In this document: positions 30,445 through 40,118 of the stretch, piece after piece | Numbering within the stretch: position 1 is the stretch's first letter | How the letters are laid out: every line of letters begins with the position of its first letter | Origin: Acidimicrobiia bacterium | GTDB lineage: Bacteria; Actinomycetota; Acidimicrobiia; Spongiisociales; Spongiisociaceae | Reading direction: 5' to 3' | Length of the DNA: 46,397 nt | NCBI GenBank assembly: GCA_041576165.1 | Contig: JBFGLM010000038.1 | Location: 1 to 46,397 of the forward strand | Notes under the pieces: generated by a model | What the model saw: only the letters and a program-made list of their open reading frames with translations | Databases searched by the model: none | Told to the model about the DNA's origin: nothing | Translations under genes and position numbers: made by a program

Positions 30445-32058
30445 ATGACCTTCCAAGACCCAATTATCGGGGCCGAGGCTGCGACCACTGGGCGAGCTGC
30501 GCCGCCGAAATCCCGGCGGATGCTGGCTATCACGCTCGGCTTGGTCGGCGCAGTGATAGTGATTGGCGGAGTGTTCGCATGGCGCTACGTCACTGGTTTC
30601 GGCTCGGCCACTGAGGCCGCCGGCGCCGTCCCGTCGGACGCCGACTTCTACGTCAACATCGACTTGGCCACCTTCCTCGACACCGATCGTCTAGATCAAA
30701 TCGGGCGCACGTTCCCGGAAGCTTTCGCCGATTTCAACACGACAGACGATGTGGTGGGCGAGCTCGACGCCCAGCTCCACAGCGAACTGGGCGTGACCTT
30801 CACGGACGACGTTCTCCCGTGGTTGGGGCGGTCGATTGGCGTTGCTGGATGGGACCTGGATCTCTATAGCGGAGCCCCCGAAAACATCCTCCTTGCGATC
30901 AAAGTCCGGGATGGGGATGCCGCCGATCGCTTCGTGGAACGCCTTGCCGGGGTCGGCCAGGGCGGAACGATCGGATACCACCAGGACGTCGCGCTTTGGG
31001 AGTTCCTGCTGGACGGCGAAACGACCTTTGCCGCCCGTGTGGAGGATGTGCTCTTGATGTCGCCGTCATCGGAAGCCGTCGACGTGGGCATCGATGCCAA
31101 GCTGGGCATGACCGAGTCCTTGGAGCAAAACCCGCACTATCTCGAAGCGCTCTCGATGCTTCCTAGTGGGCCCGGAAGCGTCATGGCCTACTTCAGTGGC
31201 GGCCTGTGGGATGACATGCTCGACCCTGCTGGTGCCTACGTGGGGGTGGGCCGGCCGTTCAGAGAGTTCGGCAGCATCACCTCAGCGATTGCCGCCATGA
31301 CGGTAGCCGATGAGGGGGTGCGTATCGACGGCGCATCGGTCATGGACTCGGAAATGGCCGCCGCCTACGCAAATGACCGGGTGAGTGAAGCTGTTGCGCT
31401 AGTGCCGGCCGACGCCCTCTTCTACCTGGCTGCCGACTACGGCCCTGTGATGGACGCGTACGCCGAGATGTTCAACGATCCGGCCTTCTCCGGCGGTGAT
31501 TGGGAGAGTGAGCTGGGGTTCGATCCAGTGACCGACGGCATCGAGCTTCTCGACGGACGGTTCACGATCTACGGGCGCCCGGGCCTCGACCCGGCCGAGG
31601 TCGCCGCCATCGATCTCGGCCTCGGGGCGACAATGGGTTTGACGGATCCGGCGCGCATGAACACCACGCTCGACAGAATCGACGAACTCATGCGCGAGTC
31701 GGGCGGCCCGGTCGCAACCCGGGACGGAGACATGCGCCGCGTCGACCTGGGGCTGGGCGAGGCCGGGTTTGTATACGGGGTGACTGGGAATGAGCTCACG
31801 GTCGCGTACAACACGGACCCGGCGGCCGACCGGATCGGGCCGCGGGTGTCAGACAACCCCCAATACCAGCGCTTGGCGGACGCTCTCGGCGGTGAACTCA
31901 CGTTGTACGTGGACGTGCCGGCCCTCTTCACCCGTTACCGGGCAGACGGCGAAGGGGCAGAAGCATTACGCCCGATCGGCCAGATCGGCGCCACCTGGAA
32001 CGCAGAAGGTGATGTCGCAACAGGGTCGCTGATCGTCTGGGTCGACTGGGCCGAGTGA
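30445..32058 (+). CDS. Membrane-anchored DUF3352-like protein
   Basis: N-terminal TM, then VPSDADFY and F.DDVLPWLG.SIGVA, with a second VPADALFY repeat; acidic extracellular body. Confidence 0.7.
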   Translation: MTFQDPIIGAEAATTGRAAPPKSRRMLAITLGLVGAVIVIGGVFAWRYVTGFGSATEAAGAVPSDADFYVNIDLATFLDTDRLDQIGRTFPEAFADFNTTDDVVGELDAQLHSELGVTFTDDVLPWLGRSIGVAGWDLDLYSGAPENILLAIKVRDGDAADRFVERLAGVGQGGTIGYHQDVALWEFLLDGETTFAARVEDVLLMSPSSEAVDVGIDAKLGMTESLEQNPHYLEALSMLPSGPGSVMAYFSGGLWDDMLDPAGAYVGVGRPFREFGSITSAIAAMTVADEGVRIDGASVMDSEMAAAYANDRVSEAVALVPADALFYLAADYGPVMDAYAEMFNDPAFSGGDWESELGFDPVTDGIELLDGRFTIYGRPGLDPAEVAAIDLGLGATMGLTDPARMNTTLDRIDELMRESGGPVATRDGDMRRVDLGLGEAGFVYGVTGNELTVAYNTDPAADRIGPRVSDNPQYQRLADALGGELTLYVDVPALFTRYRADGEGAEALRPIGQIGATWNAEGDVATGSLIVWVDWAE

Positions 32059-32080
32059 GCCGCACCAAACCCCCACGACG

Positions 32081-33157
32081 TCAGACGTCGAAGGCGACAG
32101 CTTCGGCGTGCACGTCACCCTGATTGACGTACAGCACGGTCAACGCATGGCGGCCGGTGCCGAGCGGAGACTCGGGTGCGGCGGTGGCGCGAGCGCTGCC
32201 GCCGCCCGACGCCTCCATGGCCGGATCCAGCCGGACAGTGTCGTCGACGAACAGCTGAACGGTTGACCCATCCGGGACGATGACCTCGAACGTGCCGTCG
32301 GCCGGAAAAACGGCGGGCGGATCCGAAAACGGCGGCGCCACAAACTCCACCAGGTCGCCTCGCTCAAACGGACGAACCAGGTACGGACCGGACCCGCTTC
32401 CCGACACTGGGATCGCGGCCGCCGAATCAACCGTGTTGCCCTCCTGAGTTACCTGTCCCTCGAAAGTGACCACCCACAGGTCGGCCACCCCAACGAGCCG
32501 TACCTCGTTGGCATACACCGTGCGCGGGCTGGCGGTTGCCCAGGCACCAAAACCTTCCGAAAGCTCGGTGAAGATGCCTTCGAAGGCGGCAAATCCACCT
32601 AGGGCATCCTGTGAGGAGGGTGCCACCAAGGCCCACGCGGTGTCCACATCGCCCGTGCTGATCGAGTTGATCCATTGCAGCGCCGCTTCGCGGGCCGACG
32701 TCGCCACGACGACGCGTCCGGTGCTCGTGGTCGTCGCCTCCGTCGTCGTGGTGGTCGTCTCCTCGGTGGTCGTCGTCGTCTCGGCCTCGGTCGTGGTCGT
32801 CGTTTCCTCGGGGCTGGAAGTCGTGGTCTCGGCCTCGGTTGTTGTTGTGGTCTCCTCTGTTGTAGTGGTGCTCAGATCGGTCGCCGCCGGCTCGTCGTCG
32901 CCTCGAGTCAGGAAAAACACGAACAGGACGATCAGGATTGCCAGCGCGCCCAGGATGCCCGCCAGCAGCCAGACGGTGGCGGGCGAAGGCCCTTCCGGCG
33001 GAGGGGGCGGCGTTGCAGCCGGACGGGCGTCGAGTGGCGGCGGGAAGACGTCGCCGGCCGGGGGTACATCAGGCACATCGCCGGGCGCCGGCGGAACAGA
33101 TCCGGCATCGAATGGATCTGACGGGTCCTGGGGACCGCTCCCTGGCGTTTCGGTCAT
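32081..33157 (-). CDS. Hypothetical single-pass membrane protein with Pro-rich N-terminus and Thr/Glu-rich stalk
   Basis: AAGGGAG RBS before MTETPG; PPPPP tract, TM helix, repeated T4-6E stalk and globular C-terminal domains. Confidence 0.75.
   Translation of the reverse strand: MTETPGSGPQDPSDPFDAGSVPPAPGDVPDVPPAGDVFPPPLDARPAATPPPPPEGPSPATVWLLAGILGALAILIVLFVFFLTRGDDEPAATDLSTTTTEETTTTTEAETTTSSPEETTTTTEAETTTTTEETTTTTTEATTTSTGRVVVATSAREAALQWINSISTGDVDTAWALVAPSSQDALGGFAAFEGIFTELSEGFGAWATASPRTVYANEVRLVGVADLWVVTFEGQVTQEGNTVDSAAAIPVSGSGSGPYLVRPFERGDLVEFVAPPFSDPPAVFPADGTFEVIVPDGSTVQLFVDDTVRLDPAMEASGGGSARATAAPESPLGTGRHALTVLYVNQGDVHAEAVAFDV
32723..32872 (-). repeat. Low-complexity coding repeat encoding TTTTE(A)E units
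   Basis: Degenerate ACC/ACG/ACA codon runs with repeated GAGGCCGAGAC units. Confidence 0.7.
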
Positions 33158-33346
33158 CGTCGATGCTCCCTTCGAATCATCCGAATGTCTAGCGCATTTG
33201 CCGCACAAAACGGTTCCCCGCCGGCCTCCCCAGTGCTCCGAGCGCAGGCACCACTGGACGGGCCTTCTGGGCCGGCGCACTCTGATCGAGCTGGAGCCAC
33301 CGCAACGGATCCACTGCGTTCCCTCGCGGCCTAGCCTTCCGGAAGC

Positions 33347-34339
33347 GTGGGCAAGACACCAGGTCCGGACGTCACGAACAAGGCCGGTCCCGCCGGCGAA
33401 CGGCGGACATTTACGGCGAGGTTCAACCGCGCGGTGATTCTGGTGGGGTTCGTGATCTACGCGGTTGCGCTGGTATTCGCGGCCCGGCGCTGGGACTTCC
33501 CCAGATTCGATTGGCGGGCAGCCGGCTTCTTGGCGGTCGCCCTCGCCGGCGAGTTCGGGGCCAAGGCGCTGTTCGCGCTCCTCTTCGCCGACGCGCTCAA
33601 ACGTCAAGGCCAGCCGGTCGGCTTCGCCGGGTCGTTTCGGGCTGCCCTCGTAGGAACAGCCGCCGCTCGCCTGCTCCCGGCAGGGGGTGCGCTCACTCCC
33701 ACTGCGATGGCATGGGCGGTGCGATCGGAGAAGGACCAGACGGCCGGCGCCGCATTGCGCACCTCCATCATGAGTTATGGCGGCCTGCTGCTCCTCACGG
33801 GCATGGCGCTGGGATGGGTTTTGACCACCGGCCGGCACCCGCTCCTTTTCACCGGCGCGGTGATTGCCAGCCTCATCCTGATCTCGGCCGGCGCCGTGAT
33901 TCTCGTCGCCAGCCGGTGGCTGCCACGGGTGGTAGCAATACTCCCGGAGCGGCTGCAGCGCCACTTCGGGCCGACGGCCGGCGGGGGCTACATCACCCTG
34001 CGCGAAGCAATTCTCATCCTGCTGCGGGTCGCCGCCGAGGCCACTGTGTTGTGGGCGGCGCTCACCGCATTCGGGATCCAGCTCTCACCCAGCCAGGCCA
34101 TGGTGGCGTTTGGGGTGTCGACGGTTGTCGGGGGAATCCCCACCACCCCGGGCGGGATCGGCCTGGTCGAGGGCGGGCTGGTGGGTGTTCTGGCCGGGTT
34201 CGGATTCTCCGCCGGGACGGTGGTAGCGCCGATCCTCATCTACCGCGTCATCGACTACTGGATCGCAGGCGCCGCCGGCATCGTTGCCGCCAGCCGCGTA
34301 ACGGGCTTGCGACCGCCGAGAGCGGCGAGCCCGCGGTAA
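33347..34339 (+). CDS. Lysylphosphatidylglycerol synthase TM domain / YbhN-like flippase
   Basis: Multi-TM protein with LLPAGG, PTTPGGIGLVEGGL and LIYRVIDYW motifs. Confidence 0.8.
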   Translation: MGKTPGPDVTNKAGPAGERRTFTARFNRAVILVGFVIYAVALVFAARRWDFPRFDWRAAGFLAVALAGEFGAKALFALLFADALKRQGQPVGFAGSFRAALVGTAAARLLPAGGALTPTAMAWAVRSEKDQTAGAALRTSIMSYGGLLLLTGMALGWVLTTGRHPLLFTGAVIASLILISAGAVILVASRWLPRVVAILPERLQRHFGPTAGGGYITLREAILILLRVAAEATVLWAALTAFGIQLSPSQAMVAFGVSTVVGGIPTTPGGIGLVEGGLVGVLAGFGFSAGTVVAPILIYRVIDYWIAGAAGIVAASRVTGLRPPRAASPR

Positions 34340-34405
34340 CCGCAGACCGCTCGACGCTGCCGCCCGACCGCTCCGCGGTTGCGGTTGACGCGCCATACTC
34401 GTCAC

Positions 34406-37400
34406 ATGACGACTCAGGAATTCCGGTTAGAAGACCGACTATCCGCTGAGGGCGGCACGGTTGCGCTGAGTGGAACGCAGGCGCTGCTGCGGATCCTCGT
34501 CGATCAGCACCGCGCCGACCGGGCCGACGGCTACAACACGGCCGCGCTCCTCACCGGCTATCGGGGCTCCCCGCTGGGCGGGGTGGACATCGCCTATCAG
34601 CAGCACGAAGAGCTGCTGCAGGCCCACGGGGTCGTCTTCATGAACAGCGTCAATGAGGATCTCGCCGCCACATCGGTTTGGGGCAGCCAGATGGCGACGC
34701 TCATGGACGATCCCGCCTACGACGGCGTGCTTGGTATGTGGTACGGCAAAGCTCCCGGTGTGGATCGATCAGGCGACGCGCTCCGCCACGCCAATTATGC
34801 CGGCGTGGATCCACGCGGCGGGGCGCTGTGTGTGGTCGGAGACGATCCCGCCTGCAAATCGTCCACCCTTCCATCGGCATCTGAGTGGGCGCTATCTGAC
34901 TTGGGCATGCCGGTGCTCTACCCGGGCTCGGTGCAAGAGATTCTCGACCTCGGGCGGGTGGGCTACGCCATGTCGCGATTCAGCGGATTGTGGGTGGGCC
35001 TCAAGATCCACACCGACGTCGCCGACGCCTACGCGACCGTCACGGTCGGAGCCGATCGGACGCCGACCTCTGAGCCTGAGTTCATCGTCGAAGATGGTCC
35101 ATGGAAGCCTGAGCGAGAACGGCGGCTCATCGCCCCGTGGTCGCTGGCCCGGGAAGAGGAGCTGTACGAGACCCGAACGGAAGCAGCCGTCCGTTTCGCC
35201 CGCCACAACCAGATCGACCGGGTCGAGGTTGTCCCCGACGCAAGGTTCGGGATCGTGGCGGCAGGAAAACCGTATTACGACGTGCTGGAGGCTCTAGCCG
35301 ACCTGGGAATACGTGATCCGGCGGCTGCCGGCATCCGCACGTTGAAGCCCGCCATGATCTCGCCCCTCGACCCGGTGGTTGCGCGTGAATTCGCGACGGG
35401 CCTCGAGGAGGTCGTCGTCGTCGAGGAAAAGCGCGGATTCCTGGAAACCCAGATGCGTGACGCTCTGTATTCGCTGTCGGACCGGCCGCGGGTGCTCGGC
35501 AAGCGGGACGACGAAAACCGGCCGCTCATCCCCATCCACGGAGCGCTGGAGGCATCGATCGTTCGGCCGGCGCTGCGGGCCCGGCTGGAGCGGCGGTTGC
35601 CGCCGGATATCCTGGCCGGGGAGCGGACCAGGATCGACGTACCGGTCGTGTCCGCCGACGTGAAACTCCCGAGCCGGACCCCATTCTTCTGTAGCGGTTG
35701 TCCGCACAATCGCTCGACCGTCCTCCCCGCCGGGTCGTCCGCCGGTGGCGGGATCGGCTGCCACGGCATGGTGATGCTGATTCCATCCCGCCCGACCCAC
35801 GACATAACCCATATGGGTGGCGAGGGCGCACAGTGGGTTGGCTCGGCCCCTTTCGTGGGCACGCCGCACCGGTTCCAGAACCTCGGCGACGGCACATTCT
35901 TTCATTCCGGGTCGCTGGCGATCCGTCAGGCCATCGCCGCAGGCACCAACATCACCTACAAGATCCTGTACAACGGCGTCGTGGCGATGACCGGAGGCCA
36001 GGATGCAGCCGGCGAAGTTCCGGTGCCCGAACTCACCCGGATCCTCGAAGCCGAGGGAGTCAGCCGCACGATCGTGGTAGCCGACGACCCGGCCAAGTAT
36101 CCGCACCGGGGTGAGTTCGCTCCCAACGCCAAAGTGTGGCACCGCGACCGGCTGGAGGAAGCCCAGCTCGAGCTTCGGGACGTGCCCGGGGTGACGGTGC
36201 TCGTCTACGACCAGGCGTGCGCCGCGAACTTGCGTCGCGAGCGCAAACGGGGCCGAGCTACAACACCCGCATTTCGGGCGTTCATCAACGAGGCCGTGTG
36301 CGAAGGATGCGGGCACTGTGGGGAGATCTCGAACTGCCTCTCTGTGCATCCGGTGGACACGCCGTTCGGGCGCAAGACTCAGATCCATCAGGAATCATGC
36401 AACTTCGACTTCACCTGCATCGACGGCAATTGCCCGGCCTTCGTCAAGGTCGTGCCGGGCAAGCGAGCCACACGCCCGACGATCGATCGCCCGAGAATCC
36501 GCATCAGGCTGGACGAGCCCGACCACCGACTGGCCGAGGCCAACCTGCTCTTGGTGGGCATCGGCGGCACCGGGGTCGTCACTGCCAATCAGATCCTGGC
36601 CACCGCCGCGCTCCTCGAGGGGAAGAACGCCTCCTCACTGGATCAGACCGGACTCTCCCAGAAAGGCGGACCGGTGGTGTCGAATCTGAAGATCTCCCAA
36701 CACCCCACGAACGAGTCGAACCGGGTGGGTGTGGGCGCCGCCGACGGCTACCTGGCTTTTGACCTCGTGACAGCGGCAAGCGCCAAGAACTTGGCCCGGG
36801 CGCATCCCGACCGCACCGTAGCGGTCGTCTCGACCAGCCGGGTGCCCACCGGGGCCATGGTCACCGACGTGGCTGCTTCATTCCCGGCTGTGGACGCGTT
36901 CCGATCAGCGATCGAGCCGGTCACTCGGCCGGAAAGCCGCTGGTTCGACGCCGAACGAATCGCCCGGCGGCTCTTCCAAAACCAGGCTGCGGCCAACGTG
37001 ATGGTGATCGGCGCTGCCTACCAACTCGGGTTGATCCCGGTGGCTGCCGGAGCCATTGAGCGGGCGATCGAACTCAACGGGGTCGCAGTAGACATGAACC
37101 ACGAGGCATTCCGAATCGGCAGGCTCGTGGTGGCGGACCCCAACGCAGTCGAACACATGGTCGCCAGCGAGCCTGAACCGTTGCGGGGATTCGACTCGGA
37201 GGAAGTGACGCTACCCGCCTGGACGGCGGATGCACCGGAACTCCAAACGGCACTCAGGCGGTGGATCCCCTACCTGACTGCCTACCAGGATGCCGAGTAC
37301 ACCGAGCGCTACCTGACGACAGTCCAACGCGCCCAGGCCGCCGGTGCGGCGTGCGGAGCAGACGAGTTCGCCATCGCGGTCGCCGACGGCCTCGGGAAGC

Positions 37401-37855
37401 TCATGGCGTACAAAGACGAGTACGAGGTGGCTCGGCTTCATCTCGACCAGAAGTTCCACGCCCGTGTCCGGGACCGGTTCGGTCGCGGAGCATCGATCAC
37501 GTATCTGCTGAAGCCACCGACGCTGAGCCGGCTGGGATTGACCGGCAAGATCGGCGTTCCGAGCTGGGCGGCCGGTCCGATGTTCAGGTCGCTCTACGCG
37601 ATGCGCCGGCTGCGGGGCTCGGCGCTCGATCCCTTCGGGCGGACCGCAGAACGGAAGGCCGAGCGGGCGCTGATCACCGAGTACGAGGGGCTGGTATCGG
37701 TTCTGTGTGAGCGCATCGATGGGACAATCGCCGATGAGGTCACGGCGATCGCTGGGTTACCCGACATGGTCAGGGGCTACGACGAGATCAAGCTCGCTTC
37801 CATTGACCGCTACCGAGCAGAAGTGGCGAAGCAGCTCCGGCGGCTGCAGCAATGA
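34406..37855 (+). CDS. Fused indolepyruvate:ferredoxin oxidoreductase family protein
   Basis: SGTQAL, GYRGSPLGG, NEDLAAT, WYGKAPGVDRSGD, FCSGCPHN, GIGCH, NLGDGTFFHSG (TPP), CEGCGHC...C Fe-S motif, GIGGTGV, GLSQKGG and KLMAYKDEYEVARL. Confidence 0.93.
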   Translation: MTTQEFRLEDRLSAEGGTVALSGTQALLRILVDQHRADRADGYNTAALLTGYRGSPLGGVDIAYQQHEELLQAHGVVFMNSVNEDLAATSVWGSQMATLMDDPAYDGVLGMWYGKAPGVDRSGDALRHANYAGVDPRGGALCVVGDDPACKSSTLPSASEWALSDLGMPVLYPGSVQEILDLGRVGYAMSRFSGLWVGLKIHTDVADAYATVTVGADRTPTSEPEFIVEDGPWKPERERRLIAPWSLAREEELYETRTEAAVRFARHNQIDRVEVVPDARFGIVAAGKPYYDVLEALADLGIRDPAAAGIRTLKPAMISPLDPVVAREFATGLEEVVVVEEKRGFLETQMRDALYSLSDRPRVLGKRDDENRPLIPIHGALEASIVRPALRARLERRLPPDILAGERTRIDVPVVSADVKLPSRTPFFCSGCPHNRSTVLPAGSSAGGGIGCHGMVMLIPSRPTHDITHMGGEGAQWVGSAPFVGTPHRFQNLGDGTFFHSGSLAIRQAIAAGTNITYKILYNGVVAMTGGQDAAGEVPVPELTRILEAEGVSRTIVVADDPAKYPHRGEFAPNAKVWHRDRLEEAQLELRDVPGVTVLVYDQACAANLRRERKRGRATTPAFRAFINEAVCEGCGHCGEISNCLSVHPVDTPFGRKTQIHQESCNFDFTCIDGNCPAFVKVVPGKRATRPTIDRPRIRIRLDEPDHRLAEANLLLVGIGGTGVVTANQILATAALLEGKNASSLDQTGLSQKGGPVVSNLKISQHPTNESNRVGVGAADGYLAFDLVTAASAKNLARAHPDRTVAVVSTSRVPTGAMVTDVAASFPAVDAFRSAIEPVTRPESRWFDAERIARRLFQNQAAANVMVIGAAYQLGLIPVAAGAIERAIELNGVAVDMNHEAFRIGRLVVADPNAVEHMVASEPEPLRGFDSEEVTLPAWTADAPELQTALRRWIPYLTAYQDAEYTERYLTTVQRAQAAGAACGADEFAIAVADGLGKLMAYKDEYEVARLHLDQKFHARVRDRFGRGASITYLLKPPTLSRLGLTGKIGVPSWAAGPMFRSLYAMRRLRGSALDPFGRTAERKAERALITEYEGLVSVLCERIDGTIADEVTAIAGLPDMVRGYDEIKLASIDRYRAEVAKQLRRLQQ

Positions 37856-37922
37856 CGGACACGTGGTACGTGTCGTAACCCGGCGTCAACCGGTCTGGGG
37901 ACTGCGGCAGGTGCCGTCTCGA

Positions 37923-38075
37923 TCACGCCAGCACCGGCAGCCCACAGTCGACGCACAGGATCCCTTCCGTCTCCACAATGACGTCTTCGATGTGGGTGCC
38001 GCACGCTGCGCACATGCAGTCGAGTTCCAGTTCGACGGCGCCGAAACGTTCGGTGAGTTCTGTCAGCTCTGGCAT
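37923..38075 (-). CDS. 50-aa putative zinc-ribbon microprotein
   Basis: MPELTELTERFGAVELELDCMCAACGTHIEDVIVETEGILCVDCGLPVLA contains two CxxCG knuckles; TACGGT -10-like hexamer 7 nt before the ATG. Confidence 0.6.
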   Translation of the reverse strand: MPELTELTERFGAVELELDCMCAACGTHIEDVIVETEGILCVDCGLPVLA

Positions 38076-38112
38076 GGGGGTCACCGTACCGTGGAGGTGT
38101 GACAGACCTGTG

Positions 38113-39342
38113 TCAATCGTGGGCTTTGGGCACCACGTGAATTCGGGTGATCCGCCTGCCACTCAGGCCGGTGACGCGGAGTATCGCCGTCTCGACCTCA
38201 ACCTGATCACCGATGCCCGGGATCTGGCCGGCAAGCGCCATGAACAGGCCGGCCGCCGTGTTCCAATCTCCGTCCGGCAATTCGCCCACCAGGTCGATCA
38301 GATCCTCGACCGGAATGTTCCCCGCCACCGACCACCCTTTGGCGGTGCGGCGGATCGGCTCGTCGAGTTCGTCTTCGCTCACATTTCCCAACAGCTGCTC
38401 GGTGATGTCCTCGATCGTCACCAGCCCGGCCGTGCCGCCGTATTCGTCCACAACGATCGCCAGATGCCGCCGTTCGGCCTGCATGGTCGTCAACAGAGAC
38501 AGGATGCCTTTGGACTCCGGCACGACAAGCACATCCCGTACCAGGCGCCGAACCGGGATGTCTGCGCCCCGGTGCCGCACCAGATCCCGCAGACGCACCA
38601 TGCCGACCACATTGTCGATCGAATCGTCGATCACCGGCAGCCGGCGGTGGCCGTGTTCCAGCGCCACGTCCAGGACTTCGGGGACGGTGTCGTCGGCTTC
38701 AACTGCGACGATGTCGGGGCGCGGCACCATGACGTCGTTGGCGCGCCGGTCGCCGAACCGGAAAGCGCGCTCGATGAGCTCTCGATCCTCGGTCGTGATC
38801 TCTCCCTCGGTCGCCGCCTGGTCCGCCAGGTGAAGCAGCTCATCCTCCGTGATGGTGGGTGAAGTTGTGACACCCTTGCCGGGCATCTGCAGGTCGGCGA
38901 CCCACACCAACGCCGCCACGGCCGGGCGGAGGAGTCGTTCCAGTGCGGCGACGGGCAACGCCACGCGCAATGCGACCATGTCTGAATGGCGCACTGCGTA
39001 CGTCTTCGGGATTGCCTCGCCGTAGATGTACAGAATCACCGAGAGCACGACCGAAGCGAGTGTCACCCCCAGGTTCCCGAACCAGCGTTGGGCTAGAACG
39101 CCCGCCAGAGTGGCTGCGGTTATCTGCGCGAACAGCGCCGCCAGGAGGACGGTGTTCAGGACGGCCGGCAGTCGCTCCACCAACGCGACGAGCCGTCGGC
39201 CGCCCCGATGTGTCTCCGCCAGGGTCGCCGCTCGGATTGCGGGAACTCGCAACAGAGCGGTCTCGGCCGCCGACAAGAACACGGACGAGAGCATGGCGAT
39301 GATCAAACCAATGAGGGCCGGAAGGTCCCGCGAAAGATCCAT
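38113..39342 (-). CDS. Hemolysin-family CNNM/CBS/CorC membrane protein (Mg2+/Co2+ transport related)
   Basis: FLSAAETAL, GEAIPKTYA, DVMVPRPDI, HRRLPV and AIVVDEYGGTAGLVTIEDI.E motifs, then a CorC_HlyC tail. Confidence 0.92.
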   Translation of the reverse strand: MDLSRDLPALIGLIIAMLSSVFLSAAETALLRVPAIRAATLAETHRGGRRLVALVERLPAVLNTVLLAALFAQITAATLAGVLAQRWFGNLGVTLASVVLSVILYIYGEAIPKTYAVRHSDMVALRVALPVAALERLLRPAVAALVWVADLQMPGKGVTTSPTITEDELLHLADQAATEGEITTEDRELIERAFRFGDRRANDVMVPRPDIVAVEADDTVPEVLDVALEHGHRRLPVIDDSIDNVVGMVRLRDLVRHRGADIPVRRLVRDVLVVPESKGILSLLTTMQAERRHLAIVVDEYGGTAGLVTIEDITEQLLGNVSEDELDEPIRRTAKGWSVAGNIPVEDLIDLVGELPDGDWNTAAGLFMALAGQIPGIGDQVEVETAILRVTGLSGRRITRIHVVPKAHD

Positions 39343-39420
39343 GAACCCGGAGTCAAGCATCCGTTGGGGCATGACCGGGGCGCGGTCTAAGGTAACTTCC
39401 CCCGCAGCGAGGAAACCCAC

Positions 39421-40038
39421 GTGGACATCAGCTTCTGGATCGATCCCATATGACCGTGGTGCTGGGTGACGGCCAGGTGGGTCGTCGACGAGGTGCAGCC
39501 GGCCCGTGACCTTCACGTCGAGTGGGAACCAATCAGTCTGCTGTTCAAGAACGAGCCCGAGCCGGGCTCGAAGGGGTATCGTCGGTACCTCCGCACCCAC
39601 AAGCTGCTGCGGGTGCTGGAGTCGGTCCGGACAACCGACGGCAACGATGGCGTCTTCCGGCTGTACTGGGAGTACGGACGCCGGATTCATCACGACCAGC
39701 AGCTGTTCGACTTCGAAGTGTCCGACGCCCTTCGGGTTGTCGGACTGGATCCGGCACATGCCGACGCCTACGACGATGAGTCATGGGATGACGAGATCCG
39801 CAAACGGATGGACATCGGCCTGGAACTAGCCGGCGATGGCATCGGCACACCCATCATCGCCTTCGACGACGCGGATGGCGATCGGGTGGGAATCTTCGGC
39901 CCGGTCATCACGAGAGTTCCCAAGACTGATTTGTCACTGCAATTGTGGGATGGCCTGCGGGCAGTGATGACCGTTCCCGGTTTCTGGGAACTCAAACGGA
40001 CCCGCACGGAACGCCCTGACTTCGGACCGCGTCCGTAG
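39421..40038 (+). CDS. Rv2466c/DsbA-like thioredoxin-fold reductase, probable selenoprotein (UxxC, in-frame TGA at 39451-39453)
   Basis: GTG GAC ATC AGC TTC TGG ATC GAT CCC ATA TGA CCG TGG TGC TGG reads VDISFWIDPI-U-PWCW, in frame with ORF 39466-40038 (GIGTPII, FGPVI, PGFWELKRTR). GAGG lies upstream of the GTG and the real stop is TAG. Confidence 0.85.
39468..39486 (+). promoter_or_regulatory. Putative bacterial SECIS element
   Basis: GACGGCC-AGGTG-GGTCGTC forms a 7-bp stem (one G-U pair) starting 15 nt after the TGA, with a G-containing AGGU apical loop starting 22 nt after it. Confidence 0.65.
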
Positions 40039-40118
40039 CGACCTTCTCGCCCTGGCGCCGGCAACGGTGGCGGCGGCGGTTTTTCCCGCACGCATGGCGC
40101 TCCCCCGAGCCGTCTTGG

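Noticed and set aside
32081-33964. N-terminal extensions in the ORF track (627-aa ORF here, 548-aa at 38113-39759, 606-aa at 40119-41939, 410-aa at 6674-7906)
   Set aside because: The extensions overlap real genes on the other strand. Internal starts with an RBS, a -10 hexamer or a family-typical N-terminus fit better.
39466-40038. ORF-track 190-aa protein starting at 39466
   Set aside because: It begins after the active-site motif. The conserved FWxDPx(C/U)PWCW lies upstream in the same frame, so this call is a truncation at the in-frame TGA.
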